DNA of 64,000 bases, taken from the NCBI GenBank assembly GCA_009602735.1, contig WELA01001569.1, positions 1 to 64,000 of the forward strand, given 5' to 3'. The position numbers and the translations under genes are program-made. Origin of the DNA: Mesotaenium endlicherianum (lineage: Eukaryota). Under the pieces are notes generated by a model. That model made no database searches. It had not been told where the DNA came from and was given only the letters and a program-made list of their open reading frames with translations. Shown piece by piece: positions 1 through 23,928 of the stretch (position 1 is the stretch's first letter; the number at the start of each line of letters is the position of its first letter).

Positions 1-74
1 ACAATACCACTCCAAATATATTTGAAAACATTAAAATATATGCAAACTAATATATAATAACTCAAATCACTACA
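1..74 (-). mobile_element. Terminal 74 bp of a family-B LTR (element or solo LTR continues left of the window)
   Basis: Near-identical to the ends of the LTRs finishing at 55913 and 62091 (...ctcaaatcactaca). It is followed by gctat rather than the PPT, so on the minus strand it is a 5' or solo LTR start. Confidence 0.9.
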
Positions 75-959
75 GCTATACATCCTAATACCGACTAGAA
101 TTGACTACCGTAAAAAAATATGTATCTACATAGCGTAGATAAACCCCCATCTTTATAATTTGAACCTCAAGGTTTATTGATCTACATAACGTAGGTAAAT
201 TGCAACCTCTAATATTGAAATTTCAAAAACTCAAATTTGTTAAGCATGAGTCTCCCACTTTTTACACATTCCAAACCTTTAAGTTCAAACATGTGGAGGT
301 TGTGAGTTGTAGGAAGTGTGTTAACGAAGAGACTGTTGGTTGTTGTACGAAGTGAGCGATATTAAGCTGAGTTTAATGTGGGATATTAGCTCAAAGGTAA
401 GAGGATTGCTTGTGCACAAAACAAACTTCACAATAGTCTAAGTGAAGTATGAATTTGTCGATCAATAATTAGTTGACTACAGAATTTGAAGTCTCCTGTA
501 ATAAGGTGTAATGCAAGGAGTATTTGAGAAGTCATTTTAAACCTAGTATCTCATGTTTGCGTCAAGCTCGTTACATTGGGCAAACTTGAAACTTGTTTTC
601 AACCTGATGAATTGTATGACTTGAAACTTTTACATGACGACAACTCGTTTGTTTATCAAGTGCTGTCAAGGTGCGCACACTGTATTTGCTTCAGCCACCC
701 ATATTTTCAAATTTTGCTCCGCTTCAAGTGAATGATTGGGGCTTCCTAAAACGCTTGATTGCAAGTTTCAAACGAGGAGTGCCTAATAATTTCAAATTCT
801 CTCGTCATGTTGCTATCATGTTCGTTAGATAAAAACTTCAGAATGTTTGGAGTGCGACATCTGGAGGTTGGAATTTGGACTCAGCCAAAATTCATAGATT
901 TCCAATAAACATTGACACTGAGACCAAGTTTGCCAAGTTTGCCAATTTCGGAGCATAGG

Positions 960-2485
960 TGTCGTGCCTAACAGCGTCAAACCCCTGGCACGTGCGTAGC
1001 TTCTCAGCACGTGTGCCTTCAACCTGGTCGACGTGTCGGTGCGGTGCTGCACGTGGGAAAATTGACCGAGTTGATGGTCCCCTGCACGTGTGTCGGTGGC
1101 GGACTGGCTGGGGTTGACCCATTCCTGGTCTTTTTGCACTTGCATCATGCGATGAAGCATCCCACACTCAGTGCTTTCCATGCTCAACCAGTTTTCCATT
1201 CCACCCTATCAAAACTTAGTAGAAATTTTCAAAAACTTATCTCATCCTCAGCTTCCCTTACAAGGACAGAAGCGTTTACTTCCACACAGGCTTTCACCCA
1301 AGTTGAGGATTTACAGAATGATCAAGTTTTGTCGTTTGCAGAAATCACGTCTAAACAGCTTAACAGGCAATGCCAGATTTAGAGAACGTCGCCCTTCAAG
1401 GCTTACGCTTAACTTCCATAAGTCACAGCTTACAAAACTCTGAAACTGCACATCTATGCTGGCCTGGTCTGAGCTCTTCACTCAACACCGCACCTTAACA
1501 GCTCTTCACTGCTTGGCTGGGCTCACTCAATTTTTCACTGAGAGCTTTACTTGTTAAGACTACTCTTGCTATCAGCAATTCAACAATTGAGAATTCTGAG
1601 AACTTAGAAACTAACACAGCACTCACCATTTTAAGTGGCTCTCGCATGCTTGTGGCGTTTGACCCAAAGCTGTGCTAATCTCCTAACAGATTCTATTCTG
1701 CAGCTCTCTACTTTCTACCAACGAGATCCTCTCTTGGGAACTCCTGAGGTCTAACCTTTCTATGATACACTCAAGAAGAAATCTTCCAGCGTCGGCAGAA
1801 GCGTGGCGTCTCGGCTCTTCTATGGCCTTGGGAACTCCTTCTTCTTTGTGCTCCTTCTGCTCCTCCAACTTCCTTTGACAACGATGCGAGCAAGAATGAG
1901 GCAGCTTCAGGCAGGACTCGTGCCTTTCACAGGCACCACACATTATCCTCTCTCGAGAATGCCTGTGCTTAGTCACAGTGCTTAGCTTGCATGCCGTCCT
2001 TACCTACCAGCTCTCATACAGCTTAGGAGTTGTCATTCCGCATGCATGCATGCCTTGGGATTGTTGCGCGTGACTGCTTAGCCCTTCAGCTGACAATCAG
2101 ACCTATGTGGCTGGTTGGCAGCGTTTAGGATGAACGCTCAAGGCGTGACTAGTCACCTGAGGGTCTTGGCCGAGGTGGCACACAACGCCTCTGCAACATC
2201 CCTGCTGTACTTGGCTTAGATAGCCAATTGATCAGTACCTTTCCAAGCACTTGCTGGTTCCATACCCCTAGCCTTTCGGCTGACTACTCCGCCCAAATCC
2301 CCATCCATCCCTGGGTGTGCGTGTGACGTGTCGTGACCACTTTGACAGTGATAACGACTTTGACATGACCGCTGACTGAGATAACTTGGTCCTTTGGTCG
2401 GTGAGTCAACACTAACTTCCCGTACTTGGACGGCCGTGGCTTGCGCTGTGCGTGCGGCACCGTCAAGTGGATAGCAGTCGCGGCA
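960..2485 (-). mobile_element. Solo LTR, family C (~1.5 kb)
   Basis: TG...CA ends (tgtcgtg...cgcggca). Reverse complement of the split copy at 47806-49133 + 62092-62327. Flanks tagg/tggg resemble a 4-bp TSD with one mismatch. Strand is given only relative to the other copy. Confidence 0.75.
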
Positions 2486-3949
2486 TGGGGTGGAAACTTG
2501 CATAAAGTTTTGCGAAACCTTTTTTTTTTGTTGCTTGATTTCATTGAGTACGTGCCTGAACTTCTTTCAAGTTTTAAACTTCTGCGTAACTTTTTGATTT
2601 GATGATTTTGTGTTACTACGTTGTATATAGCATTAGTATCTGCTTTGCATAGACCAAATATTAATGTTTTGTGTAACTTGAAACTACTTCGAATATTTGC
2701 GTAATTCCTCCTCAAATCCTAAATAGAGTTTCTCCCAGTTTCTCCCATGCATGCTCCCTATAGTCCGGACTGCATTTCCGGAGGACTGTCGCAGGCATGT
2801 GCCTTTCCTTGCACCTTCCATTTGGGACTGGAAGTGGCGAAAACTGGCGAAAACCGCCAAAAACAGTGCCAGGTGATTTCAAGTTTCCCGCCTCATCCAG
2901 CTTCCGTCGCCCAATATCTGCTTGCTATCCCGGTACTGCTGCGTGCGCACGCTCGATGAAACTTACATTCACACGCTTTGTTTTGGGCCCGTCAATTTTC
3001 TAGTCCATCTTTCGCAGGCATGCATGATAGCAGGCAATCATCTACAATCACCCCCACGATTTAAACTAATGTCGATTTGACTAAGTTTTTTAGATGTTGC
3101 GGAAACCGACTTGAAGTAAGAAATGTCTTACAAAGTTCAAATGAGGGGGGTCGACTAGGATATTATTGTCCATTAAACAATGCTGCAAGAACTTCCACAT
3201 TTTGGTCGAATCTCACTCATAAGTGCTCAAAAGGCTACCGGGCATTAGCAATCCAGATAGCTCTAGATCGAAGGAGCAGACCGGACAAACGGTGACCGGT
3301 AAGTACGGACGAGCCTGGCGGGAGTTTGGGCGGGACACTCCAACTTGAATTGCTCTCAAGTTGTCAAGGCGCGACGAGAAGCTCACGATCGGAGAGCCGA
3401 GAGCAGCCGAGAGGAGCACCATGCAGTCGCACCATGCATCAACTCCATCTCCAGCGACGGCATGACGGCCCTCGAGGCCCATCAGGCAATGTACGCCCCA
3501 CACTCGAACCGTAACATCCCAAGACTGGAGGAACTGGAGCAGGCTGGTATCAGCTGGAATTGTTGATATTCAATTTTCCAAGTGCTTCAAAGCTCGATCT
3601 AGCTCGATCTAGCTCGACCTAGCTGGAGAAGATATGAACACAAGCACCAACTATAGCACCAGACTAGCATAGGCAAACGGGAACGGGGAGTCTTCACGGT
3701 CTTGTGTTCTTAAAGTTGTTCTTTGAAGTAGAGAGGACATTTTAAGTGTACCAGTATGATCTGGGATCTTGTATCTTTTTAGTATGCCGTAGGGCAAACA
3801 GTATATATACACATATGCTTGCGTGTCTGAGTGATGAATCGTTCAGTCCTCTAAGTAACAGTCGGAGCCATATCCAGTCACAAACTTGAGTGCCTGAATT
3901 TTGCTTCTGCTTTCAAAATCGGGAGTTTGCTGTGTGTTCTTGCTTCAGA

Positions 3950-15755
<11,806 letters not shown>

Positions 15756-17224
15756 GCAGGGGAGTTAAGAGATAGAGGTTGAGACGCGATGCGGCACTTG
15801 CGTTTTGCGACCCTTGCTTTTCCGACACTTGCGCCGTGACACTTGCGCGTGCAAGCACGTGGCCGGAAGACTGGGGAGAGCTTCGTGCAGCAACATGTTG
15901 TGAGAGTCGACAGGAGTGGACAGGAAGTGGAGTGGGGAAAAGCAGCCAGCTTGCACTGGACAAGAGGCGGCGCATGAGATTCTCCTTTGTGAGAGGCCCT
16001 CTGACTTCCTTGGTTATTTATTGCAGGGTAGTAGGTGGACGAAGAAACAGCATCATAGTTTGTAATAACATCATTCAATAGCATGTAGATGGGGGCCCTT
16101 AACTAGTTGTGTGTGCACGGCTGCGAGAGCATGTAGGTTGGGGGCACAGGTTTCTCCTCAGGCTTGCTGGTAGGGCATGGTTCACTTGACCCTGAATGAG
16201 CGTGCTTGTGGGGGATGTTTGTATAACTACTAATTCTGGCACAAGGTTTTTTGAAGCTGGATACTAGAGGTCATGAGAGTGATTATAAGAGGACTTAGAT
16301 CTGGTAGCAGGTACCAGTTAGGTGCCTCGACTTGAAGATTGAAGGTTGTCGCCTCCTGTGGCTCAATATGAATGTCGAATCTTAATAGCTGCCTCTGTGA
16401 GTAACGTCTTCAAGTTGTTATGGAAAACAATTTAAAGACTATCTTGTGTGCTCCACTACCCGATTCCTGTGTTTGCAGTGTACAACAACTATGCCTGAAT
16501 TTAGATTCTGTAGGTGAGTGCATTCTGTATGCATTTTCTGAGGAATTCGGTGTATACCTTGGATGATAGATTGGACTGTCTTCCACCAGGCTACATATTC
16601 CCATACCAGGCACATGTGTTTGAGGTCGGAGCATGTCTTGTTCAGTGGAAATCCTTTCCTGTGCCTTTGAAGGGAGTGCATATTTCAGCTAGGTTTATTA
16701 TTACACTCTAAACGTAGATGGTCTTCATACACATTCTTTGCAATTATCTTCGTCCTTCCATTCACTTCATTTCATTGATTTGGCGCAGTGATGTATGTAG
16801 AATGTCTTCTGCTCTACAAGCCGCGCACACGCCATGCACCTCGACGGTATGAAGAAGGTATTTGCAGCACGCTCGCGCCCTAAAATGAGAGGGGAGCTTG
16901 CGGCTACAGGTGCACGCGCTCAATCCAGGGCCACAGTACAGTCACAAGTGCATTGAGAAGGGAAGCACTTCGCACATCAGCCACAGCTCTTGTGCCAACA
17001 ACATAGCTCACAATTAAGTCACCTTACCTCCACGATTGACTTTGTGCACACATCAAAACGAGAAGTCAAACTATATTTCCAGCTCAAGCTTTGGAACTTC
17101 TCCAGTATATCATTCAGGCTTGAAAGGACAACACACAGCTGCCAGCTGCCAGGTAGCAAGACAATGATTAGCAGCTGGATTGTTTGCATTTTACAGTCCC
17201 ATTGAGTCCCATATAGGGAGGTCG

Positions 17225-18619
17225 TTAGGCAGGTGTTTGTGGATTGCTGCTGGAGCTGTTAGTCTCCTTGGCCTTCGACTCCTGCTCCAAAAGCCACTCG
17301 CGCTTGTAGGAGTCGAGTACTTGATCGTTCGTACTGCACATAAGAAGCAAAGTTTCGGAATAAATGCCGGGGACTTGCTTTGGTCAGCTCCATACGTCCA
17401 GGCTGACCAGGAAAACAAAAAACATACCAAGATGGCTGAGCCTTTAAATTTGTCTCTACCTCATGACATGAGACGAGAAGTTTTGGTCAACGGGTTTGAT
17501 ACAAGGAAAGACAACAGTCACCGCAAGGATGGTATGAATGGGCCACTTTGTCCTGGAGGTACAAAATAGGCTACTCACTGCTTCTGAACTTCTACTTCAA
17601 AAAGGAACACTATCTCAAAACTATCTTCCCAGATTGGTACTATGGCATCTGGCATGCATTTGCTCGACTTGTGGGGATAGAGAAAAAATGGCATCCCCAC
17701 CTACAAGGTTATTTGCAGCTAAGGGTCCCTCTTCACATTTTTTAGACAATCCTGACAGCAAGCAGGTCAAGCCAAGATCGTGATAAGGTAGAGACAGGAT
17801 GAAATGTTAAGACACATGCGGGATGGCTCAGAAGTCATACAACTTATAGAGGCACTCGTTGAGCTGCTTGGCCTGCGCTCTGCAGGCCCATACAACTGAC
17901 ATCACCCGCCCTCTCGCGCAATCGGCAAACTCCTTGGCAGCCCCATCACATTCCTTCAAGGCCCTTGCCTTCATCTTACTGCGTAGAGCTTGCACCCCCA
18001 ACAGATAAGAGCGCAATAACAGTTTCAGCCGGTCTCAGCAGGTAACCAGTCACAGCCCAATCCAATCCCAGGCTTGAAGCAATATACAGGGATTCCCCCA
18101 TATGAGCTAAGTCTGGTTCAAACTCTTGCAAATATACTCTTGCTCATGGGTGTGAGAGAAGTCTCCCTGAACTCCAAAATTTTTCCCAGTATCTCATACA
18201 AAGTATGATGGACTGCTAGCCACACGGTTAGGCTCTCAGGTAAAGCTGCAAAGAACCGCCACGCAGGTGGGCCAATAGTACCTTGATCTCATGTATTGAG
18301 GGGAGGAACGGAAAGAAAAAGCTGGTCACTCTTTAGACAGAAGTGTCCAAACACACGAAAAGTTGCATATAAAATGTCTACAAAGTCTTGATAGAGCCTT
18401 AAATGCGAATGTTTGAAATGAATGTGCCTGTCCAGAAGAACCGATGACGACATTTGGCCAGAAGCTTCTCACGGCTATAAATTCTTTCAAGGGTATTTTC
18501 TAACAATTCTCGAAGACTTCTGCGTTCCAGGCAAAGCATTAATTAGAAGGTGGGGCGATCTAACCTTCTTCAACCTTCTTTTGAGTTCTTACTTCACTCT
18601 TTGAGCCCGTGCTCATCAT
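17225..18619 (-). CDS. CMC1: CMC1-like twin-CX9C mitochondrial cytochrome c oxidase assembly protein, ~103 aa, 3 exons
   Basis: Exons 18619-18565, 17988-17841, 17333-17225 give MMSTGSKSEVRTQKKVEEALRSKMKARALKECDGAAKEFADCARGRVMSVVWACRAQAKQLNECLYKFTNDQVLDSYKREWL... with two CX9C motifs. Confidence 0.88.
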
Positions 18620-19262
18620 CTTGAAGGGCTGCTAAAAATCTGCACCAAGCTGGTGCTAGAAGACAAAGAAGATCACATATACATTGGTCTTAGAGGAGTA
18701 CGTTTGTACATCCTGTGCCTAGTTCAGGAGCATGATTTGAGGATCTCTGAACTGTCTTTTGCACTCTTAATGTCGTTATATAAAAGTCGGAAACAAATAC
18801 AAGCAGGGTGTGATCACTGATCCGCTTCCTTACAACTCTCCTACTGTACATTTACAATGGGCTTTTACAAAGACGCAGTTCAATTATATCGATATTTCCT
18901 TTCCGATGTCCTTGTTTTGATCAGTGAAGGTGAGGCTTCGAGTCACAAAAGGTCCGAGCTGATTTCCAACACAACCTATCGCTTGCAACAATAATTAGCT
19001 GTAGATGAGTATATAGGTAGCGCACGGAGCGTGGCAAAATCGCTGTCAGCTCGTTAAGAGAGGGTTATGAAAACGAACTTTGATTCTTCCACATACATGA
19101 AGATAAAGAGATACGTAATAAGTGCGGGGTACGATGCCGCTAGAGCTATAGAGGGACATGGTTGGAAGTCTTCGTTGTTGAATTGATCTGGTGTTGAGGT
19201 AGAATTAGGGAACAAACCCCTTCGTGCCTCATGACTCTAGCTTGTGATCATTTTTGACAGTC

Positions 19263-20324
19263 ATGTCATCACAAGAAGATGCAAGGATGAGTGAGTCCAT
19301 ACCAGGTGGTCGTGAACGTGGCAATGTATTGGCACAGCTTGCGGCGAAGGACATGGCAAGACGAGCTGAGGCTGATAAGCAGATAGGGAAAGCTGAAGAT
19401 GTTAGTGACCCTGAAGAATCAGCAGCTAGATTCTATAGCTCCTTCACAGTGCAGCGGGAGAAGCTTCAGGTGGACCTTGACAAAATCGCAAGTAGCCAAG
19501 ACTTGGGAGATGATGAGATGCGTGGTTTCTTGGAGAGTAAGTCAGAGGAGATTAAGGCACTTGATGACACAGTTACAGCGGCTGCATTCTATTTACCGCC
19601 ATACGACCTGAAATCGGCCCAGGCATCAGTTGCTGCCCTTAAGAAGCAAGTAGAGGATACCAAGTTGGAGAGGTTGCCCAAGAAGAAGTTCAGTTTCAAG
19701 ACAAAGAAGCCTCCCACAATAGTTGGCAGAAAGTCCAGGCAGGAGCTCCAGTCAAATACACCAGTAGATGCAAAGCTAGATTCCCTATCACCCTTCATAC
19801 CTTCTGGTCCAGAAATAAAGGATAGGGAGCACGTCACAGTCGAGCTTTCCCGGGATGAGCTAGCACAAGCTGATTGTACACTCAGCAATATTACAAATTG
19901 CAAGATTTACCTCAATGGTCCTATGAGAGCACTGTTCATACACGGAGTCAGAGATTCTGAGATATACGCAGGGGCGGTACAGGGCGCTGTGCATGTCGAA
20001 GATGTGAACAGGAGCCTGCTTGTGCTTGCAGCTCACCAGGTTAGGATACACTCATCAAAAGATACTGGCTTCTGCTTAAGACTGCGCAGCAGGCCCATCA
20101 TTGAAAACTCCAGTGCAATCCGCTTTGGCCCCTTCATACAGCACAATGGGGCGAGCCAGCAAGATCTGGAAAGTGCACAGTTAGCTGAGGAAACAGGACT
20201 GTGGAAGAGTGTGGATGATTTCACTTGGCTTCGCGGCGGGCAGTCGCCTAATTGGTCTCTACTACCAGAAGAGGAACAAGCCAAAATTGCAATTCGCGTA
20301 TCCTCAGTCAATGGAGGACAATGA
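19263..20324 (+). CDS. TBCC: Tubulin-folding cofactor C (TBCC/TFCC), single exon, ~353 aa
   Basis: N-terminal helical bundle with LPPYDLK, then PKKKFSFK, then a C-terminal beta-helix domain with HQVRIH, RSRPIIE and VDDFTWLR-SPNW motifs. The first ATG is at 19263 (the ORF track starts at a TTG). Confidence 0.95.
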   Translation: MSSQEDARMSESIPGGRERGNVLAQLAAKDMARRAEADKQIGKAEDVSDPEESAARFYSSFTVQREKLQVDLDKIASSQDLGDDEMRGFLESKSEEIKALDDTVTAAAFYLPPYDLKSAQASVAALKKQVEDTKLERLPKKKFSFKTKKPPTIVGRKSRQELQSNTPVDAKLDSLSPFIPSGPEIKDREHVTVELSRDELAQADCTLSNITNCKIYLNGPMRALFIHGVRDSEIYAGAVQGAVHVEDVNRSLLVLAAHQVRIHSSKDTGFCLRLRSRPIIENSSAIRFGPFIQHNGASQQDLESAQLAEETGLWKSVDDFTWLRGGQSPNWSLLPEEEQAKIAIRVSSVNGGQ

Positions 20325-21081
20325 AATACTGGACCTAGAACACTAGGCTTCATTAAAATTAAGAGAATAGGTGCCGCACTGCTTCATTTTCATGTCATTT
20401 GATTGTGTGCTACATCGTGTCAGAGAGTCAGAGAAGTTCATCTTCCACTTGCAGAGACTCAGACATAGTTGGCAAGAATTAGGCCATGGTCGTTCAGGTG
20501 CAGGGGTGGCACTTGTATGACACCATCATGAAGTTGATTGTTGTTAGCAAGTTAGTCAAGATCGGCTTCGACACGAACGGCATGAAGTAGCTAACTCTTC
20601 AGAATGTAGAACCCCAGGAGGCTTTCTGGAACTAGTGGATAGCTGCTGTAAAATCAATCAGCAGCAGAGTAGATGAAGACTGGGGGGGCGTATGCTGTGC
20701 AAGGCATGTCAAACGTCACCCATCCTACCTTTTGAAGAAAGTAAAATGAAACCTACCAGTGAATGTATTATTTTCATTTGACCTGCTGTCGTCAGCACAG
20801 CTGCACATATAAATAAATACAGAAGTGATAATGACTGGTACCGGCGGGCCAGCCATGATACTCCGCTCAGGAGCCAGACGTAAGAAAGGTGCTTGCATAT
20901 TCTTTCTTTAGTGGCCACAATTTGTGGTGTTGAGTTTTATTGCTCGTAGATGAAGAAAATAGGAAATTGCAGCCTGCCGCCCAACTTTTAAAAGTATAAT
21001 TTCCAGTAGGAACTCCAAAGTATGACATTTGCATCACTACATAACAATAACAAAACTGGCATGCATGTTACATGTACCTAC

Positions 21082-22885
21082 TCATGACCTTGCTGTAGCT
21101 TGAGAGCCTTCACCCTCCTCTTTGTCATGCTTCTGGAAGAATTGCAAAGACTTCACGAAGAAGGGACGGACTATGTTGACCTCCATGGCAGACAAGTTCG
21201 TGAGCTGCAGCAAGGGCACAATGAACCACATTACTTCCTCGGAACCAAAGCACATAGAAATCCTGCTCCTTCTCCTGCACATAGAGAGCTAGCATGTGTG
21301 CAAAGGCTTTTGACAGCTGACCTTAATGGCATTCCTCCTGCCTTCCAAGAATTGAAGACCTGATTCAATTTTGTGAAACCGCACATCGCGGATATCCTTC
21401 AAGAGAGTCCTCACCTGTCAGCAAACTCCAGGTTACAGCATGAGTCTTTCTAAAAAAACAGCTCCAAACTTTATGTCCAATTTGGAAGGTCCTACCGCAA
21501 TGCAAGAATGCTTGCAATAGATACTTTCTCTAGGGGCAGAACCTCCATATATACCAATGAAGCATGACCTGGAGGTCCTCACCTGGTACTTGTCTTGGAT
21601 GTTCAAGCCGTGGCTGAAGTTGCAACATCCACAACATATGAAGATACAAATTAGGGCCAGCTTAACATAGTCACAGCAAAAGAGTGCCACGAGTGCTTTC
21701 TTGTGGCCTCCCATGACCCCCAGCCATAGCTACTACCATATCCTTATCTAAGACTTATGCGCATCTGCACGCCCTCATCAGCAACCCGAAGGAGTAGCCA
21801 CAGGCTAAACCATAACCTAACCAGCGAGGTACTCTTGTATCACGTGTTTACACTAAAGCTGGCCTGCAAGACTAGCTCTGCAGGTTTGCCAGGTCTTTTT
21901 TCATACTAAGAGTAGCTTACAACAGTAGCTACAAGTCAGACAAGCTTTGACCTCTAGATGAAGGTGTAAATGCAAGTAACTTTTGTTTCATGATAGCTGG
22001 GTTCTTACATACAACATAGCAATATATGAAACTTTGACTGGCTTAAAGGCGTGAAGAAGAAACACATGCTCATTGGCGGCAGAGTAGACAGGGCAATGAT
22101 ATGTAAGATTCATCAATCACAAGCCGGGCATAGCAAAACTCACCTCTCAGACTCAAACAGCAGCTCAGCGATTTCCATGTAGTGAAATGGAAGCGGCTGA
22201 AACTCTCTTGACGATTCCCTCTCCAACTCCAGCACTCTCGTTAGCTCATCTGTCTATGACACCCCAAAGCCAAATGGTCTGAACTTGTGTGAAGAAAAGA
22301 CGTATCACCCTGCTGTATTGGTGGTCAATGGGTGCTATTATAGCTCCTTGGTACTTCAAGTGAACAGGGTAAGTTTGGAACAAGTTGAAGAGAGCAGCCT
22401 TACCAATCTTCATCCACTCGGGCGTTTGAATGGCACACTTCCTTCTCTTCTTAAGTGCGAGAGCCAGCCACAAGGGCACTTCAACTGGAAGCTGAGGGAA
22501 GAATGGACCAAACTCACCCTGCAAATATAAAACAATAGTTCAGCTTCACCTGTTCATGGTGAGCAGTCGAGCACATCATTTTTACATTACAAGGGGTCTT
22601 AAGTAGGTAGGTTGTGCACCATGTGCATGCACCTACTCAAAGTAGAAAAGTAGTAGAGCTTACACAGATGAGGCCGAGCTTCTCCATCCGAAAGTTGGGT
22701 ACGATGGATATAAGTCCATCTTCAGCTAAAAACTCAATCTGAATCAAGGACCACTTACAAGAACGTCAACTAAAAGTGTATGTTTCACAGAAGAACTTTG
22801 AATGCTTCAGCAAAAAAATATCCGAGCGTTGATATGATCTCCTTACCTCGGCCCCTGAAAACGTTTGCTCTTGATTGTCAGTCAT
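21082..22885 (-). CDS. PSF2: DNA replication GINS complex subunit PSF2, ~193 aa, 7 exons
   Basis: Exons 22885-22847, 22738-22664, 22518-22404, 22249-22144, 21613-21583, 21414-21322, 21204-21082 (582 nt). Motifs [44 protein letters not shown] and [14 protein letters not shown]. Confidence 0.95.
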
Positions 22886-23516
22886 CTCTATTCCTCATTG
22901 TCAATCTTTCTTTGTCCGAACTTACTGCTATGCATGTACCTGAATCAACATGATGTACGTCTGCTATATGTCAATGATGCTTTACACTTCCGGGGCAGTC
23001 TGCCCCTACTATCTACTACCTTGAAGCAACTCCTGTACCACGAGGCCTTATCATCACCTTCAGTTTCTACTATCAGCAAGTTTTCCCTGGGCTATGTGTG
23101 CTTCCACCCTAACAATAAGTCTTTTATTCACTGCTCACTTAGAGCAGGGTGTGCTGGAGACACTTTTCTAGACTGACATACAACTGTTACAATCATGGAA
23201 GCAATCTTATGATACCGTTCGCACCAGCGATGAAGTCATTACAACAGCTGCTACATAGTCATAAGCATGCGAGAGGGAAACTCGGAAGCAGGGCATCCTA
23301 CTCTGAAGTCCTCGCCAAGAACATAATTAAGCTAAGCTCATCGTATATAAATAATAATTTATGTTGCGCGCTAGTACTCCTGCAGTTATTTCGAAGTGCT
23401 TCGAATGGCTTCCGAAGACCAAAAAGCGGAATTTATGCAGTCTGCACTTCGAGTGATGAGTTCGAGCTGATTCGAGCCAGTTCGAGCCTATACGACGGAA
23501 GTCCGCGAGAGTGCCG

Positions 23517-23524
23517 TTTCCCGC
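23517..23524 (+). promoter_or_regulatory. Consensus E2F site (TTTCCCGC) in the divergent PSF2/RUK intergenic region
   Basis: Exact match to TTTSSCGC upstream of a replication gene; function is inferred. Confidence 0.55.
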
Positions 23525-23928
23525 GCCCCTTGTCAGTTGGAAGTTCATATTCAAAAATGTCCAGAAGTCACCCAAGGTTAAGGTGAGTACAAGAGCAGGA
23601 TTAAACGGAGACCTGGCAGCCTGTTTGGAAAAAGTGTTGAAAAAGAACATTAGAGATTTTACACTCGGGCGTTTCCTTCTGTTCTAATCTGGTGCCCCGG
23701 GACTATCGTCGATCTGAACTAAAGCATCCATCAACAGCTACGTAGGAGAAACATTGCTTGATTTGTAACTTATAAGAGCCTTCGTCTATAATCACATATA
23801 ATGATCCAAGGAGCAGCAACCTGATGATGAATTCGTCAACTTAGATACCCTGAATAGAGTAACCAATAAGAAGCCAATACCAGATCTGGAGGCCTGTCAG
23901 TTATGCTGACGGTCGACAAGTCGGCCGT

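Noticed and set aside
380..420. tRNA-like start gggatattagctcaaaggtaagag
   Set aside because: No B-box or acceptor-stem partner at a suitable distance; at most a decayed fragment.
1683..1976. Short ORF resembling 48388-48579 (EEGVPKAI.EPR.HASADA)
   Set aside because: The similarity follows from both lying in family-C LTR copies. Starts and stops are not shared, so there is no evidence of coding constraint.
2727..2860. Possible MITE (agtttctccc x2 ... ggcgaaaact x2)
   Set aside because: The inverted repeat is imperfect, with no TSD and no second copy in the window.
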